Assembly (NCBI GenBank): GCA_046482545.1
Contig: JAWOEX010000028.1
Location: 96,001-160,000 of the forward strand
Length of the DNA stretch: 64,000 bases
Direction of reading: 5' to 3'
Source of the DNA: Candidatus Thorarchaeota archaeon
GTDB taxonomy: Archaea; Asgardarchaeota; Thorarchaeia; Thorarchaeales; Thorarchaeaceae
In this document: positions 30,902-43,536 of the stretch, piece after piece
Layout: each line of letters begins with the position of its first letter
Position numbering within the stretch: position 1 is the first letter of the stretch
The notes under the pieces: generated by a model
What the model saw: only the letters and a program-made list of their open reading frames with translations
Databases searched by the model: none
Told to the model about the DNA's origin: nothing
Translations under genes and position numbers: made by a program

Positions 30902-31636
30902 TCATGGCTGCTTGAGCATGGAATCTAAGCGAGGAAGGATAGAACCCGCTTTTCCTTCAAGATATAAATCAGCGACGGAAGTCAAGGGAGTCCGTTCAAT
31001 ATTGACTTCGATGACCGAACCTCCAGATTTCTTGACCATGAGTGGAAATGATGCTGCAGGTTGCACGATGCCTGATGTGCCTATCACAAGACAGGCATCA
31101 GCTTTTTCAAGCTCCAAGTAAACCTGATTCATTATTCTTCCATCTAGGCTTTCGCCAAACCACACAACATCAGGTCGCAATATAGATCCGCACTCCTGGC
31201 ATAGAGGTACTCCATCTGCAGGTTCATCAAGCCTGCTATGGTAATCGCAGGTCGTACACTTCACAGCCCAGATATCTCCATGCACCTCAAGGATATTCTC
31301 TGAGCCCGCTCTATGATGTAAACCATCCACATTCTGCGTAATTACGCAGTTGAGTAATCCCTCCTCTTCCCACTTTGCCAGTGTAAGATGGGCTGGATTT
31401 GGTTCACATCCCGCAATCAATCCCTGCCTCCACGAATACCACTCCCAAACCAATTCTGGGTCATTCCTGAAACCCGATGGGGTTGCCAAGTCCATTGCAT
31501 CGTATTCTTTCCATAGGCCATCTTCACCACGAAAAGTTGGTACATTCGATTCCTTTGAGATTCCGGCTCCAGTGAGCGCAACAAGGTGATTGGATTCACG
31601 TATTATGGCCGCGCTAGATGTAATGTCTTCGGACAT
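30902..31636 (-). CDS. cobB: Sir2-family NAD-dependent protein deacylase
   Basis: TGAGISKES, TFRG, TQNVDGLH, HG, two CxxC, RPDVVWFGE, IGTS. Confidence 0.95.
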   Translation of the reverse strand: MSEDITSSAAIIRESNHLVALTGAGISKESNVPTFRGEDGLWKEYDAMDLATPSGFRNDPELVWEWYSWRQGLIAGCEPNPAHLTLAKWEEEGLLNCVITQNVDGLHHRAGSENILEVHGDIWAVKCTTCDYHSRLDEPADGVPLCQECGSILRPDVVWFGESLDGRIMNQVYLELEKADACLVIGTSGIVQPAASFPLMVKKSGGSVIEVNIERTPLTSVADLYLEGKAGSILPRLDSMLKQP

Positions 31637-31894
31637 TGTTGTCTCCTCTGAATCTCTGTAATGCTGTGGACTACACCTATCTAATGTTGGGAAGACCCTA
31701 TCAAATCTGGCGGAACAGCGGAAGAACAGCTATCTTTATTTTTTCAGTTTTCTTAGAAACGGGAGTTTACTATTGATTATCCGCTAATGAATTGAATATC
31801 GGTAAGAGGTGGAGCAGATGAATATTCATATTGACTCTAATCATACTAACGAAACGGATGATGCTGAGTAGACAGGATTGAAGGGTAAAGTAAA

Positions 31895-32779
31895 ATGAAT
31901 GAAACATTATCTAGAATTGGAGTGGGAGTGGTTCTTACCATTCTTATTTTATTATCGATTCCTACACACTGCGTTGCCATAACAGGAATTCAAGAGGGGC
32001 ATAGAGAATTGTCTGAAATTTTGGACGAAAACAGTGAGATAGAATACAGAATCGAAGCTGCTTTCATACGAGAGTGGAATTACACAGTCGAGGGAGATCA
32101 CATTCGAACTCATAATGGGACCCTTTTCTATGAAGCAAAAGTGGATAATGAAATATCAATCACTATTGATATCGTTGAAATAGATGAACGAATCACCCTT
32201 CAGGTACATTATGAAGCGAACACCCCCACCGGATACTACATAGACACCTCATATATAGTGGAACTCAATCCTGAAACTGGTTATTGTATCATTAAGAACG
32301 GTCCACTGGAGGGTTTTTATGGCCGTTTGAGTCTTTTCTTCAATTATGAATATCCAGATATCGGTATGTCCATATCCTCGATTGCCGAAAAGGAAATCGT
32401 TGTGACAGGTTTCGGTGGTAAGAGAGGGATTGAAATAATGGAAGAATACCAGACTGCTCAACGATACAATTGCTCTTATAACGACACTGTTGATGGTGAG
32501 GTTACACATGACAGGTACTATGAAGAAGATACTTCATTACTTTGCAGGGGTTTTGGTGCAATTAGTGATTTGATACTTCTTGGTATGGCGAATATCTCCT
32601 ACGCACATGGATTCATGTACCTTGAAGACACAAATATCGAACTCGGAGATCCTTTCTGGGTTCCCTTTGATCCAGGAGCTTATGCTCTGCCCATTCTGGG
32701 TGTTGTTGGTATTGGAATCTTCGTGGTTTTCTATATTCTGATCTACAAAGCACAGAGAAGGCAAGACCATCATTCGTGA
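31895..32779 (+). CDS. Secreted/surface protein with C-terminal membrane anchor
   Basis: N-terminal signal peptide, beta-rich body, C-terminal TM followed by basic residues. Confidence 0.72.
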   Translation: MNETLSRIGVGVVLTILILLSIPTHCVAITGIQEGHRELSEILDENSEIEYRIEAAFIREWNYTVEGDHIRTHNGTLFYEAKVDNEISITIDIVEIDERITLQVHYEANTPTGYYIDTSYIVELNPETGYCIIKNGPLEGFYGRLSLFFNYEYPDIGMSISSIAEKEIVVTGFGGKRGIEIMEEYQTAQRYNCSYNDTVDGEVTHDRYYEEDTSLLCRGFGAISDLILLGMANISYAHGFMYLEDTNIELGDPFWVPFDPGAYALPILGVVGIGIFVVFYILIYKAQRRQDHHS

Positions 32780-33082
32780 GGGTGTCTAAGAAGGAGCATG
32801 CCGAGGGGTTAATTCTGGGCCATCCTACGGTGCTTTGTGGGGGCTGAGCTATAGTCCTTCCTGATGGCTCGCAGCGGGTGCATAGTTTAAACTCAGTATG
32901 TGCTATGCAGTAGATATCACTTGTATCCAATTGCTACGAGATTTTGACGAAGAAATTATCGTCCAACACAAACACTAGCGCATTCAAATCGCATTGCAGA
33001 AATCTCAAACATCTTTTTGCAAAGGAAGTAGCGAAATTCTGTTGCATAGAGTTGCTTGTTTCTTATGTCTTAAGAGAGCGTT

Positions 33083-34465
33083 ATGCAGCGAAAAACACAG
33101 AGGTTAACAGCACTGAATGTATCTGATGAATCCATCCACAGTGATAGCACAAGGAACCAACATGGCTCTAAGTCTGTTCGTTCTTTCGCTGTGATGTGGG
33201 GTGGTCAGGCCGTTTCTCTTTTTGGTAGCAGACTTGTACGATTTGCGGTCATATGGTGGTTAACTCTCGCTACGGGTTCCGCCACAGTCTTGGCAACTGC
33301 AACAATAATGTTCTTGCTTCCTCAGATCTTGGCGGGGCCATTTGCTGGTTCCTACGTTGACCGATGGAATAGAAAACGCGTGATGATGGTAGCAGATTCC
33401 CTTATTGCTGCGGCTACTGGGATACTTGCCCTTCTGTTCTTTTTGAATATCCAAGAAATCTGGCACATCTATCTGATAATGTTGGTAACCTCTCTCATGG
33501 GGTCTTTCCATTGGCCAGCAATGCAGGCCTCTACCACGCTATTGGTCCCTGAAGAACATTATTCCCGAATTGGAGGGATCAATCAGTCTCTACAGGGCAT
33601 GGTTAATATCCTTGCACCGCCACTCGGGGCTTTACTCTATGCGCTATTCCCACTAGAGAATATTCTCTTCATTGATATTGCAACTGCTTTTATTGCCGTC
33701 GCTTCGGTCGGACTAATCCATATACCGCAACCTAAGAAGCCTCCGGACTCAAAAGAGCAATCTCCACTCAGTGACATGGCTGACGGAATTCGCTTTCTTC
33801 GGGGGTGGCCAGGCGCCTTGCTCCTTATTGTATTTGCCATGATTCTGAACCTTATTGCCACTCCTGCGTTTTCTTTGCTACCTCTACTCGCAACAAATCA
33901 TTTTGGGGGGGATGCCACCACCCTGGCCCTCATGCAGTCATCAAATGCAGTCGGCATGATTGCCGGGGGCGCCGGAATGGGTATATGGGGGGGAGCTGAA
34001 AGTAGGTCGAAAACTGCAATGGGAGCCTTGGTTGTTCAAGGAATTGCTCTCTTCCTGATTGGATTAGTCCCGGGTAATTCTGTTGAGTTAGCTGTGGGGC
34101 TACTGCTCCTCGCTGGTCTGATGAGTCCAATATTCAACGGTTCAGTCATAGCGGTGATGCAAGCCACGATACCGCCTGAAATGCAGGGCAGAGTTTTCTC
34201 GCTTATCGGTAGTGGAGTTAGTGCTGCGACACCAATTGGTCTTGTAGTTGCAGGTCCGGTAGCAGACACGTTTGGTGTGCCAATCTGGTTTGTGGTCTCT
34301 GGGTTCGTTACGGCAACCTTAAGCATTGTATCCTTCTTTGTTCCTGCACTAATGCAGCTAGAAGAAAGAGCGAAGGATATGTCGAAAACCGAAGACACCA
34401 AAGATGATTCGACGGTTTTAATGACAGAAGAGGAGGGTACATCTAATTCCACCATCAAGAATTGA
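33083..34465 (+). CDS. MFS transporter (MefA/H+ antiporter-like)
   Basis: GQAVSLFGS, AGSYVDRWNRKRVM, MQGRVF; 12 TM. Confidence 0.92.
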   Translation: MQRKTQRLTALNVSDESIHSDSTRNQHGSKSVRSFAVMWGGQAVSLFGSRLVRFAVIWWLTLATGSATVLATATIMFLLPQILAGPFAGSYVDRWNRKRVMMVADSLIAAATGILALLFFLNIQEIWHIYLIMLVTSLMGSFHWPAMQASTTLLVPEEHYSRIGGINQSLQGMVNILAPPLGALLYALFPLENILFIDIATAFIAVASVGLIHIPQPKKPPDSKEQSPLSDMADGIRFLRGWPGALLLIVFAMILNLIATPAFSLLPLLATNHFGGDATTLALMQSSNAVGMIAGGAGMGIWGGAESRSKTAMGALVVQGIALFLIGLVPGNSVELAVGLLLLAGLMSPIFNGSVIAVMQATIPPEMQGRVFSLIGSGVSAATPIGLVVAGPVADTFGVPIWFVVSGFVTATLSIVSFFVPALMQLEERAKDMSKTEDTKDDSTVLMTEEEGTSNSTIKN

Positions 34466-34640
34466 GCGTGCGAAGAGCAAAATGAGAGATGCTCTTCAGA
34501 GTTCAAATGATTTCTTCTCATGTACTATAATCAGAGATTTGGATTACTTGAGTGTCAAATGCGGTGAGATTTCTGGAGCCTGAATAGCTTGGTTTCATCT
34601 CACAAATCATCGGATAACGCACTGTTCAGCCAATCCAGTT

Positions 34641-35402
34641 CTATGATATCTTAATCATGAATTTCGCCATCCGATCAAGTGCAAGGTCGACTATCTCTTC
34701 CCCTTTCTCGATAGTCGCCTTGGTTGAAAGACCTACTACCCCCGAATCTGTGAAATCCTTCATAGTGAATGCAGAAGACACAGTCGGCGCTTTCTTACGC
34801 ATATCAGGTTCGATATAACCCGGCAGAGGTTTCTTTCCGGGTTCGTCAATTCGCTTGTCAGCCAGAACACGCTGCCCAAGGTACCAAGAGACACTCGTCT
34901 CCATGTCACATGCATGGAATATCGGCCCCTCAACAATGTCGGGTACTCTGTCCATCGCCTGACTCCACCAGTTCATGCTGTATACTCTTGCCGATATCTC
35001 GTTATGCAGAATATGAAGTGCGTTCTGGATAGCAGTCTCATTGCCTCCATGGCCGTTCAGGAGCACGATATTCTCAAACCCATGATGGGCAAGAGATTTA
35101 CACACATCAACAACCATGCTCGCAAGTGTTGATTCCCGGAGCGTAATGGTACCCTTGAAATCCATATGATGCTGAGACTGACCGAATGCAATCGTTGGTG
35201 TTACAACGAGTTTCATTTCGTCCCAGATCCGTTCAGCAAGTCTGTAGGCAAACTGCGTGGCAACGAAATGATCATTATCAACTGGAAGAGCAGGGCCATG
35301 CTGTTCCGTGGATCCAATAGGAACAAGAACAGTTTTGCATCTTTCCAAGCGTTTTTCCACTTCGGGCCAAGTCATCTTTGAGAGTAAGTACTGTTTCTCC
35401 AT
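34641..35402 (-). CDS. Creatininase/creatinine amidohydrolase family
   Basis: PIGSTEQHG, SQHHMDFKGT, NGHGGN, HACDMETS. Confidence 0.93.
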   Translation of the reverse strand: MEKQYLLSKMTWPEVEKRLERCKTVLVPIGSTEQHGPALPVDNDHFVATQFAYRLAERIWDEMKLVVTPTIAFGQSQHHMDFKGTITLRESTLASMVVDVCKSLAHHGFENIVLLNGHGGNETAIQNALHILHNEISARVYSMNWWSQAMDRVPDIVEGPIFHACDMETSVSWYLGQRVLADKRIDEPGKKPLPGYIEPDMRKKAPTVSSAFTMKDFTDSGVVGLSTKATIEKGEEIVDLALDRMAKFMIKIS

Positions 35403-35560
35403 GATGCATCCCGTGGTATGAAGAAGCTACGGTCCCTGATACATGCTTCGAAATGAGACTGGTAGTCTGAAGCGGTAGATTTCATATAAAAAATATATAA
35501 GGAAGTTATCGATATAGTATCCGAAAATCACACTTGCTGTAATAACTGGGGATTTCGTAA

Positions 35561-35987
35561 ATGGAAACTACTAGCAGAAACGTAGAATTCATACGCACAG
35601 AACCTTTTGAAATTGGTGAAGAGAGATTCAAACAAATCAGAATCGACAATAGAAGGATTGTTGCCATAGGAAACGAGACCAGATTTGAACTGCTAATATC
35701 CTTCATAGGGGGGTCATGGATGAAGAGGTGGCGGCACTTCGGAGACAAAATCCTTGGTCTTGGGCTTGTTGTCATGTTCTTTGGAGTTTCCTTTTCCACA
35801 ATAGGTCTAGTTGGTGTGCCTTTTTTTTGTAGGTGGAATCCTCATAATCCTTCTCGGGATCTTTCTGAAACGTGAAGCAATTGTGATATACTGTCCCGGC
35901 CAGAAGTTCAAGATTGAAGGTTCGTCCGATTTTATTGAGGATGTGTGGGACGCCATTATAGGTGCTCACAGTAGAAAAGAGCTGTAA
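35561..35987 (+). pseudogene. Membrane protein gene interrupted by a +1 slip in a T8 run (141 aa if T7)
   Basis: ORF 35561-35875 loses its hydrophobic character after PFF; deleting one T of 35821-35828 gives ...GLVGVPFFVGGILIILLGIFLKREAIVIYCPGQKFKIEGSSDFIEDVWDAIIGAHSRKEL*. Confidence 0.6.
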
Positions 35988-36077
35988 ATCGTAATCGACG
36001 AATCGAACCTCCAGAAGAAGGCCATTTTTCAACCTAAACAACCAGTATTTATGTTGTAGCATCCACATGTACAAATC

Positions 36078-36392
36078 ATGACGGAGTATAAGCTCGCGAT
36101 AACAACCTGTCCATCCGAGGAGAGCCACAAACTGGCAAGAATCATCGTGGAATCCAAGAAAGCTGCTTGTGTGAATGTAATTGATAACGTATACAGCATC
36201 TACCAGTGGAAAGGTGATGTAGAGACCGCTAAAGAATCGATTCTTTTCATGAAGACAACTGAAGAACTCATTCCAGACCTGCAATCTGTTGTAGAGGAAG
36301 CTCATTCCTATGAAGTGTCAGAATTCGTGGTTCTGCCTATCGAGCAAGGAGCTAAAAGCTATCTGAAATGGATACTTCGTGTTGTGGAGTAG
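36078..36392 (+). CDS. cutA: Divalent-cation tolerance protein CutA
   Basis: ITTCP, AACVN, SIYQWKG, HSYEVSE, YLKW. Confidence 0.93.
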   Translation: MTEYKLAITTCPSEESHKLARIIVESKKAACVNVIDNVYSIYQWKGDVETAKESILFMKTTEELIPDLQSVVEEAHSYEVSEFVVLPIEQGAKSYLKWILRVVE

Positions 36393-36575
36393 GACTTACG
36401 CGAAAGGCTTTTGAAAGGCCCTGCTCGTCGGCATAGATGATCCGGATTCGTATTTAGGAGAACAAAAAAGGAGTAAGCAGTTTTGCTTCCCCTTTTCTTA
36501 ACCTGTTAAATCAGCACCCTTATTAGGCCGGTGACATTCACTATAGTGAAGAGCAACCGAATGAGATGAATCGCC

Positions 36576-36998
36576 TTGCCAAGACGTAGGAAAACAAGAA
36601 CATGGTTGATGCCGCAGGAAGTTGAGGTCTGGTATATTATACCGGCTATACGAAGAGAACTTACGCGTATAATGATTGAGAAGAACATCGCTCAGAAGAA
36701 CATAGCGAAGATGCTTGGTGTAACTGAACCCGCCGTTACACAGTACAAGCTTGAGAAATCGAAGAGATCGCGAGGCGACCAGGTCGAGATACCCCCGAAC
36801 GTTCAAGACGAGATAGAAGTGTCAGCAGACCGGATACATGAGGCGTGGCTGACCAAGGAAGAGGACCAGCATGTGTACGAGCTCATGACTCGAGAAATTA
36901 ACCGCATCATCGACATCATGCGGGACGAAGGCATCATATGCGAAGTCCATAGACAGCACTGTGAGAATGTAGCAGAGGATTGCAGCGCCTGTAAGTAA
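36576..36998 (+). CDS. Archaeal XRE-type HTH transcriptional regulator with C-terminal metal-binding motif
   Basis: PQEVEVWYIIPAIRREL, QKNIAKMLGVTEPAVTQY, CEVH...CSAC. Confidence 0.85.
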   Translation: MPRRRKTRTWLMPQEVEVWYIIPAIRRELTRIMIEKNIAQKNIAKMLGVTEPAVTQYKLEKSKRSRGDQVEIPPNVQDEIEVSADRIHEAWLTKEEDQHVYELMTREINRIIDIMRDEGIICEVHRQHCENVAEDCSACK

Positions 36999-37099
36999 TG
37001 AGAGTAGTTGTTCCGAATTTCCTAATGACACTAACACAAGGAAAGCCTATATCAGAACAAGAGAATAACTGATCAACATCCTCAGGAAAGTGTTAGGCA

Positions 37100-37834
37100 A
37101 TGACAGGAAGCATCGAAGTAAGCACGGATGGCTCTATTGTGACCCTTATCATCTCAAGGCCAGATAAGTTGAATTCTGTGACAAAGAGCATGTTGAATGA
37201 CTTCAGCGAGAAAGTTGAGCAGTACACAAACGACCCTGAGGTCACTGCCATTATATTCACCGGAGCCGGTGATAGGGCTTTTTCTGCAGGTTTTAACATG
37301 GACACTATCAAAGGATTGAAGGGGCAAGATAAAGAGGATTTCTTCAAGACACTAGAAGATATTATACGAGTTATCAGGACTGCCAAAAGCTGCCTCACGT
37401 TAGCAGCCGTCAACGGATATGCAGTTGGCTTCGGTTCGATAGTCGCAAGTGCATGTGATTTTAGATTCTTCTCCGAGGATGCCAAGTTTCGCCTTCCGGA
37501 GGTTCAACTAAGCATATTCCCTGGTGCAGGGGCAACCTCTAACCTGCTTCATCTTGTAGGTCCATCACACGCAAAGGACATCCTGCTTACCGGGAGGTCA
37601 GTTCCAGCCAGAGAGGCGAAAGCCATGGGCCTTGCTAATCGCGTTTATCCCAAAGACGAACTAATGCCTCAGGCCAAGGAATTTTTGAAAGAGTTACTGG
37701 AGAAGGACTGCAGAATCCTGCTGAATACTAAGAATCTGATTGACGCCATGACTGGTAAAGACATAGGTGATGCTGCAGAACTCGAAGCAGCTTACCTTGA
37801 AGAATGGCTCCTGAATGAAGCAGATGAAGAGTAG
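37100..37834 (+). CDS. Enoyl-CoA hydratase/isomerase family
   Basis: RPDKLNS, AFSAG, AVNGYAVG, CDFR, PEVQLSIFPGAG, LLTG. Confidence 0.92.
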   Translation: MTGSIEVSTDGSIVTLIISRPDKLNSVTKSMLNDFSEKVEQYTNDPEVTAIIFTGAGDRAFSAGFNMDTIKGLKGQDKEDFFKTLEDIIRVIRTAKSCLTLAAVNGYAVGFGSIVASACDFRFFSEDAKFRLPEVQLSIFPGAGATSNLLHLVGPSHAKDILLTGRSVPAREAKAMGLANRVYPKDELMPQAKEFLKELLEKDCRILLNTKNLIDAMTGKDIGDAAELEAAYLEEWLLNEADEE

Positions 37835-37933
37835 AATTCGAGTGCCGCCGGTCATGCAGATTGATTCTGGCTACGGTAGGAGTGAAGAAGATTAACAATA
37901 AATGCCCGGGATAGTATTCAGTATACGAGAATC

Positions 37934-39214
37934 ATGTGTGATACGGTAATCGTCCTGCCAGAAGCAGCAGCTGATTCCAGAGCATTGTTTGGCAAGAACT
38001 CAGATAGACCCCCGAACGAGGCCCAAATTGTAGAGTATATTCCGAGAAAGAAGCATGAAGAGGATGAAGTATCCTGCACCCATATTAGCATTCCACAGGT
38101 AGAAGAAACCCATGCAGTCTACATCTCCAGACCATTCTGGATGTGGGGAGCAGAAATGGGTGCTAACGAGATGGGGGTAGTCATTGGGAATGAGGCAGTA
38201 TTTTCAAAAGAGGAAGTTCCTGAAACAGGCCTTCTAGGAATGGATCTGTTACGACTTGGACTTGAGAGAGGAAGAACAGCGGAAGAAGCCCTTGATACCA
38301 TAGTCAACCTTCTCGAAACACATGGTCAAGGAGGCGCCTGTGCGAGAGACGCTGCGCTTGCTTATCAGAACAGCTATATGATAGCCGACTCTACCGAAGC
38401 ATGGGTTTTGGAGACTTCAGGACGGCAGTGGGTGGCACAGCGAGTCAAAGGAGCACGAGCCATATCAAACGGCTATACGATTACTGATGAATGGGATAAG
38501 GCCTCAGAAAAGGTAGTTGAGCATGCCATCGAAATGGAATGGTATGATGGTAAAAACGAGTTCTCATTTGCTGCGGTGTACGAAAATGAAGCTATGAGAT
38601 ACATCGCTCGCTGCGATGATAGGCTTTCTACAACTAGCAGTATCCTGCAGGACAACCTCGGTACAATAGACTTCAGTATGATTGCAGGGCTTCTAAGAGA
38701 TCATCCCGAAGAGTGGAAACCATGGAGTCAAGGCAAAGCAGCCGTATGCCAGCACGCAGGGCATGAGAATTCGTACGTAACAGCGGGAAGCCAGATATCT
38801 CAACTTGGCGATAATCCTCTTCATTGGTTCACTGGTTCTTCAAATCCTTGTACCAGTGTTTATTGGCCCTTCACCTTTGACTCTCCAGGCGTATACAGCG
38901 GTTTCGACAATGCCTCAAAACAGTATTCAAGTAAATCATATTGGTGGAATAGAGAAAAACAGAATCGAGCAATATCGAATAGATTTGACAGAATCACGAC
39001 AGAAGTTCAGTCCATTGTAGCTAAACACCAAGACATTGTCTACAGGCTGACAAGCAGAAAGATGAGCCAACAAGCAATTGAAAAGAAAATTACAGAGCAT
39101 ACCAGGCAGCTGCAAGATATTATTGATCATACCAAAATTGCTGAGAACCTCCCACCCGAATTTGTTAAGTATTGGCAAGAAAGGAATGCCGAAGCTGCCG
39201 TAGATGTGGACTAG
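37934..39214 (+). CDS. Peptidase C69 / secernin-like Ntn hydrolase
   Basis: N-terminal M-CDT, FGKNSDRPPNEAQ, WMWGAEMGANE, GMDLLRLGLER. Confidence 0.9.
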   Translation: MCDTVIVLPEAAADSRALFGKNSDRPPNEAQIVEYIPRKKHEEDEVSCTHISIPQVEETHAVYISRPFWMWGAEMGANEMGVVIGNEAVFSKEEVPETGLLGMDLLRLGLERGRTAEEALDTIVNLLETHGQGGACARDAALAYQNSYMIADSTEAWVLETSGRQWVAQRVKGARAISNGYTITDEWDKASEKVVEHAIEMEWYDGKNEFSFAAVYENEAMRYIARCDDRLSTTSSILQDNLGTIDFSMIAGLLRDHPEEWKPWSQGKAAVCQHAGHENSYVTAGSQISQLGDNPLHWFTGSSNPCTSVYWPFTFDSPGVYSGFDNASKQYSSKSYWWNREKQNRAISNRFDRITTEVQSIVAKHQDIVYRLTSRKMSQQAIEKKITEHTRQLQDIIDHTKIAENLPPEFVKYWQERNAEAAVDVD

Positions 39215-39218
39215 ATTA

Positions 39219-39824
39219 TCATTGATTAACAGATTGTGAAATCTCTTCCAAACTCCTTCCAGTCATTACTGATGCTGGTTCTTCCTCCAGGATGTCCCGT
39301 TCTGGTTCAGCCTTTTCATCCTTCATTTTAATCAGAAGCCACCTTGCATTCTCTCCACTCCCGGTTCGTATCAGGACGTATCCCCCTTCCAGTTTGTTAC
39401 CCTCCAACCAGACCTCAACCTTTCCGTCCTTCAGGCTCTCAGTCATGTTCTTACGGGCTTCCGAATCCTCCTTTTCAGCTCGGAGATTACGATACGTTCC
39501 ATAATCCCAGACCATTACCGTTCCTGCGCCATACTCTCCCTCGGGGATAACTCCCTCAAAATCTCCGTATTCTAGGGCGTGATCTTCGGTAGGCACCGCC
39601 AAACGTTTAGTTGACGGGTCGGTGGACGGCCCTTTTGGAACAGCCCACGATTTCAGCACGCCTTCAATCTCAAGCCTGAAATCATAATGCAAATTGCTCG
39701 CATCGTGCTTTTGTATAACGAAAATTGGTTTCTCTGATGAGCCACTCCTACCTCCTTCAGGCTCGGGAGTTTTTGAAAAATCTCTTTTGCTACGATACTC
39801 TGCAAGCGGGTCTTCTTCATCCAT
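39219..39824 (-). CDS. Stand-alone LigD-type 3'-phosphoesterase (PE) domain protein
   Basis: YRSKRDFSKTPEP, FVIQKHDASNLHYDFRLE, LKSWAVPKGPS, TEDH, WDYGTY, WLLIK. Confidence 0.93.
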   Translation of the reverse strand: MDEEDPLAEYRSKRDFSKTPEPEGGRSGSSEKPIFVIQKHDASNLHYDFRLEIEGVLKSWAVPKGPSTDPSTKRLAVPTEDHALEYGDFEGVIPEGEYGAGTVMVWDYGTYRNLRAEKEDSEARKNMTESLKDGKVEVWLEGNKLEGGYVLIRTGSGENARWLLIKMKDEKAEPERDILEEEPASVMTGRSLEEISQSVNQ

Positions 39825-39856
39825 CCTCTGTTTCTCCGGCTAAAAGGCTCCCAGTA

Positions 39857-41935
<2,079 letters not shown>

Positions 41936-42042
41936 CTATCACTGTTGCAAAGCACTATATCAAGTTCCCCCAAAGGAGGAGTTTTGTACACACCAGACCC
42001 TTTAATTAGGAGGAACAAGGCACGTTTCACCTCTAGTGTAAG

Positions 42043-43002
42043 ATGGAGTTGATTATGACGAGTCGCAGAGCAGTCGTAGCAATAGGCGGAAATTCTCTAA
42101 TTAAGGACAAGCAACACCAATCCATTCCAGACCAGTATACTGCAGCAGCTGAGAGTTGTCATCATATTGCAGATATGATTTCAAAGGGCTGGGACGTTGT
42201 ACTCACATCAGGCAATGGACCGCAGGTTGGGTTCATCATGAGGCGTTCCGAACTAGCCAAGCATGAATTACACGAGGTCCTGATGGACTATGCAGGAGCG
42301 GACACTCAGGGCGCAATCGGATACATGCTGCAGAGGGCCCTTCATAATGAATTCAAGCACAGAGACATAGATAAGCACGCGGCGACAATAATCACACAAA
42401 CACTTGTAGACAAAGACGATCCAGCTTTTGAGAATCCCGCAAAACCAGTTGGCACCTTTATGGACAAAGAAACAGCACAAAAGAGAGCTAACCAGCAGGG
42501 ATGGGAAATCGTCGAAGACGCTGGTCGAGGCTGGAGAAGAGTTGTTCCATCTCCAATTCCAAAAGAAATCATCCAGCAGCCAGCTATCGATGCACTCATC
42601 AAAGAGGGTATCGTTACTTACGCAGTTGGCGGCGGGGGGATTCCTGTAATCAGGGAGGAAGATGGTACTCTAGAAGGGGTTGAAGCAGTGATAGATAAGG
42701 ACAGAGCTTCAAGCTTGCTTGCAAGCGAGATGGGTATGGATCTCTTGCTTATTTCGACTGCCGTTGAAAAGGCATATCTCAATTTCGGCACTGAAGAGGA
42801 AGAACCCATAGATGAGATGACGCCCTCAGAAGCGGAGAAGTATATTGAGGAAGGTCACTTTGCTCCAGGAAGTATGCTACCCAAGGTAGAGGCTTGTGTT
42901 GATTTCATCAAGAACGGCGGCGACCTAGCCATAATCACTAATCCGCCCAATATCACTAACGCCTTAGCAAGAAAGACTGGCACAAGAATCGTACCCGAGT
43001 AG
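42043..43002 (+). CDS. arcC: Carbamate kinase
   Basis: AIGGNSL, GNGPQVG, KPVG, RRVVPSP, GGGGIPV, EAVIDKD, GSMLPKVEA. Confidence 0.95.
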   Translation: MELIMTSRRAVVAIGGNSLIKDKQHQSIPDQYTAAAESCHHIADMISKGWDVVLTSGNGPQVGFIMRRSELAKHELHEVLMDYAGADTQGAIGYMLQRALHNEFKHRDIDKHAATIITQTLVDKDDPAFENPAKPVGTFMDKETAQKRANQQGWEIVEDAGRGWRRVVPSPIPKEIIQQPAIDALIKEGIVTYAVGGGGIPVIREEDGTLEGVEAVIDKDRASSLLASEMGMDLLLISTAVEKAYLNFGTEEEEPIDEMTPSEAEKYIEEGHFAPGSMLPKVEACVDFIKNGGDLAIITNPPNITNALARKTGTRIVPE

Positions 43003-43128
43003 ATTTGTTTCGGTCATGGAACGCAGAATAGATCTGCTTCCCGATAGTATATCGGGGCACTTCTACGACCTTGTCGGAAGAGACATATTAATAGACGTTC
43101 CACGAATACAAAGCTGAGAGAGGATACA

Positions 43129-43509
43129 ATGAAAAGAGAGGTAGTTCATTCTAAAGATGCGCCGCAGGCTGTTGGGCCGTACTCCCAAGCCATAAAGACG
43201 GGAGACTTCGTCTTCTGTTCGGGTCAAATCCCTATGGAGCCCGAGACCGGAGAGATTGTAACAGGTACCATAACCAGCCAGACAAAACAATGTCTCAGCA
43301 ACATACAAGCTGTTCTCAAGGCTGCTGGTTCCTCAATGGATAAGGTGGTCAAGGTGACCATCTTTCTGAAGAACATGGACGATTTCGGCGAGATGAACGA
43401 AGAATATGCCACCTGGTTTGGGGATGACCCACCTGCCAGAGCAGCGGTAGAAGTGCGAAGGCTTCCTAAACATGTAGGCATTGAGATTCAAGCTATAGCA
43501 CTCCAGTAG
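43129..43509 (+). CDS. ridA: RidA family reactive-intermediate deaminase
   Basis: [29 protein letters not shown]. Confidence 0.95.
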   Translation: MKREVVHSKDAPQAVGPYSQAIKTGDFVFCSGQIPMEPETGEIVTGTITSQTKQCLSNIQAVLKAAGSSMDKVVKVTIFLKNMDDFGEMNEEYATWFGDDPPARAAVEVRRLPKHVGIEIQAIALQ

Positions 43510-43536
43510 CAACCTAATTGATTTGAAAAAAATGGA

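Noticed and set aside
35772-36305. 177-aa minus-strand ORF
   Set aside because: Antisense to cutA and the frameshifted gene; no protein-like motifs
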